A DNA stretch of 64,000 nt from Patescibacteria group bacterium (GTDB taxonomy: Bacteria; Patescibacteriota; Patescibacteriia; GWA2-46-9): NCBI GenBank assembly GCA_041660005.1, contig JBAZXG010000002.1, forward strand, positions 122,037-186,036, in the 5' to 3' direction. Made by a program: the position numbers and the translations under genes. The notes beneath the pieces were generated by a model. The model did no database searches and was not told where the DNA came from. It saw only the letters and a list, made by a program, of their open reading frames with translations. This document shows positions 58,315 to 64,000 of this stretch, piece by piece; position 1 is the first letter of the stretch, and every line of letters begins with the position of its first letter.

Positions 58315-58773
58315 TCAGGTGCCGGCGTGGTGGTCGCCGGCCGTCGTACCCGTATCGCCGTGGTGCATGGTGCCCGTCTGGCCCGTCGTCGGCGCGGCAG
58401 CGTCGTGGTCGGTGCTCAGGTGTTCGGCAATCTTCGGCGTCGTCGCACCGTGGTGGTCCATCTGGCCCGTGGCCGCAGCGTCGTGATGGACTGCCGTTCC
58501 TTGTTCAGCAGCGCCGACTTCTTTCTCGACCTTCGCGAGCGCGGTGCCGTGTTCGGCCTTCTGCATGGTGCCGTCGGTCTTGACGGTCGGGGTTGCCGGC
58601 GTCGGCGCGGTCACGGTCTTCGAGATTGCCGTGGTTCCGTGCGTGTCGGCGTAGCTCACCTGGCTGCTGGTGACGTAGAACGCGAAGGCTCCCAGTCCCG
58701 TCAGTACACCAACAACGAGATAGGTTCCCCAGCGCGGGGTCTTGGGTGGATGTTCGGAATGAACGTTCTTCAT
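58315..58773 (-). CDS. Exported/anchored His-Thr-Ala-rich hypothetical protein
   Basis: RBS AGGAGG, N-terminal TM, repeats HHDAAATGQMDHHG / DHDAAAPTTGQTGTMHHG; promoter TTGACA-17-TATCGT. Confidence 0.7.
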   Translation of the reverse strand: MKNVHSEHPPKTPRWGTYLVVGVLTGLGAFAFYVTSSQVSYADTHGTTAISKTVTAPTPATPTVKTDGTMQKAEHGTALAKVEKEVGAAEQGTAVHHDAAATGQMDHHGATTPKIAEHLSTDHDAAAPTTGQTGTMHHGDTGTTAGDHHAGT

Positions 58774-58888
58774 GATGCCCTCCTATGGGCTTGTTCCGGC
58801 TTTGTTAGCCGGCGGTCGTGTCAAACCAGCGGACTTGCTGGTAGACCGGCTGACGATACAATAATACCTTTCGTTTGTCAAACAAAAT

Positions 58889-59812
58889 TCAAACAATTGT
58901 CAACCATTTTGTATATTTAGAGTCTCCCGCATGAACAATCTTTCGGTAGCTCTCCTGAAATTTTAAAGTGAGTGCGCCAGCTTTTCCGTTACCGATTTTC
59001 TGGTTATCGACTTGTGAGACAGGCGTGATCTCAACAGCCGTGCCGCAGAAGAACACCTCATCTGCTTTTTTTAATTCAGCAAGCGTAATATTTTTTTCTA
59101 TAACCTTGATGCCGCTCTTCCGCGCCAGGGAAAATATTGTGTCGCGGGTGATGCCTGGAAGCACACTGGCAGCGTGAGGTGTGTAGAGTCGTCCCTTTTT
59201 CACCATGAAAATATTTTCAACCGGCCCTTCGGTAACATATCCTTTGGCGTCAAGTAAAATCGCTTCGTCATAGCCAAATTTTTTCGCTTCTAAAGTAGCG
59301 AGAATGGAAGTTGCATAATAACCAGATACTTTGGTATTGAAAACAATAGAAGCTGGATCTCGCCAGCGAATTGATGAGCAGTGAACGCGAATCGCTTTGG
59401 TTTCAAAATGTTGCGGCCATGACCAGGTGGCAAGTGCCACATGCACCGGACAGCCGACTGGCGCCATGCCCATGCGGCTTCCGTAATAAGCGAGTGGTCG
59501 CAAATATCCTTCGCTCAGTTTATTTTTTTTGACGAGTGTTCGTGCAACGTCGGTCAATTGCGCTGTGGTGTAAGGAAGATGCATTCCCATGGCGCGCGCG
59601 GAGCGGAAGAATCGCGCCAGGTGGTCAGAGAGGCGAAAAACAGCAGTACCGTTTTTCGTTTTGTAAAAACGAATGCCCTCATACACTGCGCTGCCATAGT
59701 GGAGACTGTGCGTGAGAATGGGTACATTCGCTTTTGCCATTGGTACGTAGCGTCCATCCACCCAGACAATGCTGGCTTTTGGTGCAACGCTGCGGGAAAG
59801 TTTTTTTTGCAT
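58889..59812 (-). CDS. ilvE: Branched-chain amino acid aminotransferase
   Basis: HSLHYGSAVYEGIR, KVSGYY, EGPVENIF, LPGITR, ADEVFFCGTAVEITP. Confidence 0.95.
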   Translation of the reverse strand: MQKKLSRSVAPKASIVWVDGRYVPMAKANVPILTHSLHYGSAVYEGIRFYKTKNGTAVFRLSDHLARFFRSARAMGMHLPYTTAQLTDVARTLVKKNKLSEGYLRPLAYYGSRMGMAPVGCPVHVALATWSWPQHFETKAIRVHCSSIRWRDPASIVFNTKVSGYYATSILATLEAKKFGYDEAILLDAKGYVTEGPVENIFMVKKGRLYTPHAASVLPGITRDTIFSLARKSGIKVIEKNITLAELKKADEVFFCGTAVEITPVSQVDNQKIGNGKAGALTLKFQESYRKIVHAGDSKYTKWLTIV

Positions 59813-59911
59813 GGGGAGAATAATATATTTTTCTTCTTCTATATTATAGCACCTTAAATTTGTCCTGCGATGCAGGACTGTAATTTGTTCGTTTTCGTCT
59901 TCTTAAGCTGC

Positions 59912-60360
59912 TAACGTCCTCGGTCCGCCGAGGTGGACCTCGCGACTGTTTGTTACTCTTTTGCGCACCCAAAATTTATTAACAAGAGCAAGTCCGCCAG
60001 AGGCGGATCCGCCTTTGGCGGAAAAAGGGTGCCCTGAGGACTCGGCTGTGGGCTTGCTTCGTGCAGCAGGCTGCTGACCATGAACTTGTCGCTTCGCTCC
60101 GCAAACAGCATGGTCATTAAATGCAGCCTGTTTCCCTTGCAAGCTCTGACGCCGATCCTATGGGATGAGCACTTTGCTAAACCCCATTGCCGACCGCGGA
60201 AAGCGAACGGACGAAGTGTGGGTGGTTAAGCGACGGTGTTGTTTGAAGCGGAGCAAGTTCATCGTCGCCATCCACACTGAGGAACGTTCGCCGACGAGAG
60301 TGTCGGCACAGGGCGGGCTTTCTTTCGTCTATTTCTTTGCCCGCACAAAGAAATAGACAA
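59912..60360. repeat. Element family E, copy 4
   Basis: 60031-60166 matches the left arm of copy 3; 60168-60360 is the reverse complement of the copy 1/2 arm; TAACGTCCTCGG at 59912. Confidence 0.8.
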
Positions 60361-60418
60361 CTTAATTTGTATTTGCGATTTCGCAAAAAATGTGCTAAAA
60401 TAAAAAAACTATCATTCT

Positions 60419-61921
60419 ATGCAACCAAAGAGAAACGAGGACTCATCACAAGCGGTGCGCCTTTTTCAGACCAAGAAGAGTGAATACTGGGTCCGCTCGG
60501 GCCAAGCAAATGCTATCTCACTTTTTAAAAAAGCGGCTCGGCTCGTTCCTGCCTATCGTCATTTTTTAAAAAAACATCGGGTGAACCCTTCCAAGATTCG
60601 CACCTGGAACGATTTTCAACACCTGCCGACCATTGATAGGAAGAACTACCTTACGCAGTATCCGCTGGAAAATTTAGTTTGGCCGACAGCGTTTGATTCA
60701 GGAACCGTGTTATCGGCTACTTCAGGTTCTTCGGGTGCGCCATTCTATTTTCCACGCAGCGCAGCTGTTGACGCACATTCTTCTGCCTATCATCGATGGT
60801 TTCTGTCACACCGATCAGCGGGCAAACGTGATCGCACACTCGTCATCGACTGCTTTGGTATGGGTGTATGGATCGGCGGCATAATTACCTATCAAGCATT
60901 TCGGAATATCGCCGACGAGGGTTATCCGCTTACCATTATTACCCCTGGCGTCAACAAGAAGCAGATTTTTGAATCGCTGGTGAATGTCGCTCCAAAGTTT
61001 TCAACGGTTGTTCTTTGCGGTTATCCGCCGTTTCTGAAAGATGTCATTGACCAGGCGGCAGACAATGGCGTGCGTTGGTCGACACTCAATCTCAAGTTTC
61101 TTTTTGCGGCTGAACCGTTCTCGGAAAAGTTTCGACAGTACGTCGTGGAGAAAACGAATGTGCACAATCACTACACCGACACCACCAACGTTTACGGCAG
61201 CGCCGACCTTGGCACCATGGCGCTCGAAACGCCGCTTACTATTTTGATGCGTGAAATTGCACTCGGGGACAAGAATATCTATCAGCGCTTTTTTCAAAAA
61301 GTTGACCGCTTGCCGACGTTGGCTCAGTTCAACCCACAGGCGGTTCAGTTTGAAGCGCCGGAGGGGAACGTCCTCTGCACGGGCAATAGCAGCTTGCCGC
61401 TCATTCGTTATGCCATTGGTGACAACGGTGCGGTGGCCAGTTTTGACGAAGCAGCTGATGTGTTTACGCATGACAAAATTAATTTGCGCCAAGCGGCGCG
61501 TCGTGCCGATATTAGCAAAACGCTTGCTGAGCTACCTTTTGTGTACATTTACGAACGCTCAGACCTTTCGACGAAGCTCTACGGCGCAACCATTTACCCC
61601 GAACATTTGAAAGATGCGTTACGTGAATCGCCACTGGATCGCTCACTCACCGGCAATTTTACTTTGCGGACAAAATATGACCGACACGAAAACGAATACC
61701 TCGAGGTTAACATCGAGCTCCGCCCGAAGATTAAAGCCAGCCGTACATTGAAAGGGCTCCTTGTAGAAAAAATTACGGCTGCGTTTATGGAGAAAAATGC
61801 GGAGTACAGGAATAACATGCATGTCATGCCCGAACGCATGCGACCGCATTTGGTGTTTTGGCAGCATGAGCACCCGCTCCATTTCAGCCGCGGGGCAAAA
61901 CATAAGTGGGCAAAGCACTAA
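60419..61921 (+). CDS. Phenylacetate-CoA ligase (PaaK)-like adenylate-forming enzyme
   Basis: VPAYRHFL, ATSGSSGAP, GYPPFLKD, AAEPFSE, YGSADLG, PLIRYAIGDNG, GATIYPE. Confidence 0.85.
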   Translation: MQPKRNEDSSQAVRLFQTKKSEYWVRSGQANAISLFKKAARLVPAYRHFLKKHRVNPSKIRTWNDFQHLPTIDRKNYLTQYPLENLVWPTAFDSGTVLSATSGSSGAPFYFPRSAAVDAHSSAYHRWFLSHRSAGKRDRTLVIDCFGMGVWIGGIITYQAFRNIADEGYPLTIITPGVNKKQIFESLVNVAPKFSTVVLCGYPPFLKDVIDQAADNGVRWSTLNLKFLFAAEPFSEKFRQYVVEKTNVHNHYTDTTNVYGSADLGTMALETPLTILMREIALGDKNIYQRFFQKVDRLPTLAQFNPQAVQFEAPEGNVLCTGNSSLPLIRYAIGDNGAVASFDEAADVFTHDKINLRQAARRADISKTLAELPFVYIYERSDLSTKLYGATIYPEHLKDALRESPLDRSLTGNFTLRTKYDRHENEYLEVNIELRPKIKASRTLKGLLVEKITAAFMEKNAEYRNNMHVMPERMRPHLVFWQHEHPLHFSRGAKHKWAKH

Positions 61922-61938
61922 TTTATTCCATTGTAACC

Positions 61939-63135
61939 ATGACGCAAGAACTAAGTTCGGTATTGAGCACGTTAGCGGGTGAGCGGTCACCATCAAAGCC
62001 CCAACTTTTTAATTTGGCTGAAGAAAATGACCGAGCCCAGGTTTCAGCGCTTCTTCAAGGCAACAAAATTCAGCAGGTGGTTGATGATTATCGTGAACAG
62101 CTTGTCGAACTCTACCAAATAGAGCATCCGGCAAACGTCTACGCGCCGACATTCGTCGCCGAGCTTGAAGCACACCTCGCAGCGCTGGAAAAAGAAGCGC
62201 CATTATGGTCTCGCGGTCGTTGGGCGTTTTTTCCATGGATTGGGACTATCGTGCACGTGCTTGAGGAAGCGCCGTTTCAAACTGTTCGTACTGCTCGCAA
62301 TCGAAATTTAATTACCGAAGCGGAACAGAAAAAGTTTTATAACACCGTTGTGGGTATCGCCGGGCTAAGCGTGGGGAATAGTGTGGCGCTTGCTATTGTG
62401 CTCCAGGGTGGAGCCAGGCATATTCGCCTAGCTGATCATGACGCCTTGGCGCTTTCCAACACGAACCGCGTGCGAGCTGGAGTAGCGGATCTTGGTTTGC
62501 CGAAAGTGGAAATGACCGCGCGGCAAATTTATCTCTTGAATCCTTACGCAACCGTCGAGCTGTTTCCCGACGGGATTACCAAAGACAACATTGCAGCATT
62601 TTTTGAAGGACCGCCGAAGCTCGATGTCGTCATCGACGAGGTTGATAATTTGGCGGTTAAATATCTTATTCGCGAGCAGGCAAAAAAACACCGATTGCCA
62701 ATTGTCATGGCGGCTGACAACGGCGACAACGCCGTGGTGGATATTGAGCGCTATGACCAAAATCCTGATCTGGCGTTTTTTCAGGGACGGCTCGGGGATG
62801 TTACCTATGAGGAGTTGCTGTCGCTTGATAAATTTGGTATCGGCAAAATGATTACCAAACATGTCGGGCCAGAAAATGTTACCGAGCGCATGCAGCAGTC
62901 TTTGCTGGAGATGGGTAAGACCATTGTCTCTTGGCCGCAGTTGGGCGGCGCGGCGCTTTTGAATGGTGCAGCCGTTGCCTATGCCGTGCGCAAAATTATC
63001 ATTGACGAGCCACTTGAGGACAACCGGGCGCTCATATCTTTGGACGAGAAATTAATACCGACGTACAATAGTGAAGCCGAGCAGGCGAAGCGTGCATCTG
63101 TTGCGGCAACGTTCCGAAAAATTTTTGGCCTTTAG
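61939..63135 (+). CDS. ThiF/E1-like adenylyltransferase (Rv1355c/MoeY-like)
   Basis: WAFFPW..RTARNRNLIT.AEQ, GIAGLSVG, LADHDALALSNTNR, DEVD, SWPQLGG; ATG 61939. Confidence 0.85.
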   Translation: MTQELSSVLSTLAGERSPSKPQLFNLAEENDRAQVSALLQGNKIQQVVDDYREQLVELYQIEHPANVYAPTFVAELEAHLAALEKEAPLWSRGRWAFFPWIGTIVHVLEEAPFQTVRTARNRNLITEAEQKKFYNTVVGIAGLSVGNSVALAIVLQGGARHIRLADHDALALSNTNRVRAGVADLGLPKVEMTARQIYLLNPYATVELFPDGITKDNIAAFFEGPPKLDVVIDEVDNLAVKYLIREQAKKHRLPIVMAADNGDNAVVDIERYDQNPDLAFFQGRLGDVTYEELLSLDKFGIGKMITKHVGPENVTERMQQSLLEMGKTIVSWPQLGGAALLNGAAVAYAVRKIIIDEPLEDNRALISLDEKLIPTYNSEAEQAKRASVAATFRKIFGL

Positions 63136-63163
63136 TTAAACTACCCACTTACCGTTTGTCGCT

Positions 63164-64000
63164 ATGGTTCTTGAAGGGAAGATGCGCCAACTCATTACTG
63201 CCGCCACCTTGGCGCCGTCGGGCGAGAATTGTCAGCCCTGGCGTTTTGTGATTAACGGCAATGAATTGCAGCTTTTTAACGTGCCCGAACGAGATGATTC
63301 GCTCTATAACTTTCGTCAGCGCGGGTCATTGGTTGCCCATGGGGCATTACTTGAAAATTTTACAATTGCAGCGAAAGCGCTTGGTTTTAACGCAGACATT
63401 CGGCTTTTCCCTGATGCGCAAAATGAGAATTTAGTTGCCGCCATTCATCTCGAGAACGCTGAACCTGTGGCTGATCCACTCTATGCGGCGATAACCGCGC
63501 GGAGCACGAATCGCAAACCATACGCGAACGAGTCGCTTACTACTAGTGAACGAGAGTCTATTAATGCCGCTGGGGTTTCTACGAGCTGTCGGTTCGTCTT
63601 AATTGAACAGAAAGAATCCATTAGCACGTGGGCCACGGCAGCGAGCGCTAACGAGCGCGTTATGTTTGAGCATCACGGCCTCCATGATTTTTTCTTTTCG
63701 CATCTTAATTGGACAGACGCAGAGGAACAGGAACGACGGCACGGGTTTTACATAAAAACGCTTGAACTCCAACCACCGCAAGTCATCGGCATGAAAATTG
63801 CTAAGCACTGGGCTGTGGCTTCAGTTTTGAACCGCTTGGGTCTTTCTAAACAGGTTGCTGCGGACAATATAAAGTCCAACTCCGCTGCTGCGGCAATTGG
63901 TGGCGTGGTGATTCACGGTGAGCGACCGCAAGATTTTGTTGAGGCCGGTCGCATTGTTGAGCGTGTCTGGCTGACCGTTACGAATTTAGGATTGAGTCTG
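63164..64000 (+). CDS. Acg-like nitroreductase family protein, 3'-truncated by the window edge (not in ORF track)
   Basis: Hand translation: AATLAPSGENCQPWRF, HGALLENF, AITARSTNRKPY, AGRIVERVWLT. Confidence 0.85.
   Translation, partial: MVLEGKMRQLITAATLAPSGENCQPWRFVINGNELQLFNVPERDDSLYNFRQRGSLVAHGALLENFTIAAKALGFNADIRLFPDAQNENLVAAIHLENAEPVADPLYAAITARSTNRKPYANESLTTSERESINAAGVSTSCRFVLIEQKESISTWATAASANERVMFEHHGLHDFFFSHLNWTDAEEQERRHGFYIKTLELQPPQVIGMKIAKHWAVASVLNRLGLSKQVAADNIKSNSAAAAIGGVVIHGERPQDFVEAGRIVERVWLTVTNLGLSL

Noticed and set aside
58192-58920. 242-aa plus-strand ORF
   Set aside because: Arg/Val-rich antisense shadow of 58315-58773, which has the RBS and promoter.

Overview
A 64-kb stretch of bacterial chromosome using standard code 11 (TGA ends several ordinary genes). 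Gene content and order suggest a Patescibacteria/CPR lineage; this is inferred from rpsO-NYN-pnp, dksA-lspA-comM-ftsK-recA, dprA-topA-rel-trpS, a CBS-less guaB and a PA14 surface protein. The backbone is housekeeping: ddl, mgtE, an ABC-2 pair, guaB-add-guaA, xerC-like, rpsF-ssb-rpsR-efp, ychF, recQ, folD, glyA, PMM/PGM, murI, murD, gdhA, ilvE, plus tRNA-Ala(CGC) and tRNA-Arg(TCT). The unusual parts are in GC-richer islets and intergenic DNA. (1) A purN(in-frame TGA)-purD islet and a second one-gene islet are stacked in tandem behind a duplicated 3' end of the ABC permease gene, and both end in the same ~70-bp repeat. (2) An array of four unannotated 40-50 aa membrane/pilin genes (48.1-49.7 kb) is delimited by three covarying hairpin repeats, and two units share a 5' leader. 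(3) A probable orphan DGR target gene carries a 3' hairpin. (4) Several dispersed structured repeat families occur: a 4-copy ~350-430 bp element with compensatory changes, a 3-copy element with nested insertions, and a 68-bp inverted pair containing a perfect 36-bp palindrome. (5) There are two candidate ~300-370 nt ncRNAs, a DnaA-box cluster and a degenerate 45-bp tandem array next to a DEDDh exonuclease. (6) A PaaK-like ligase/ThiF/nitroreductase biosynthetic operon runs off the right edge. All product calls are from motif recognition by eye; no searches or folding programs were run.
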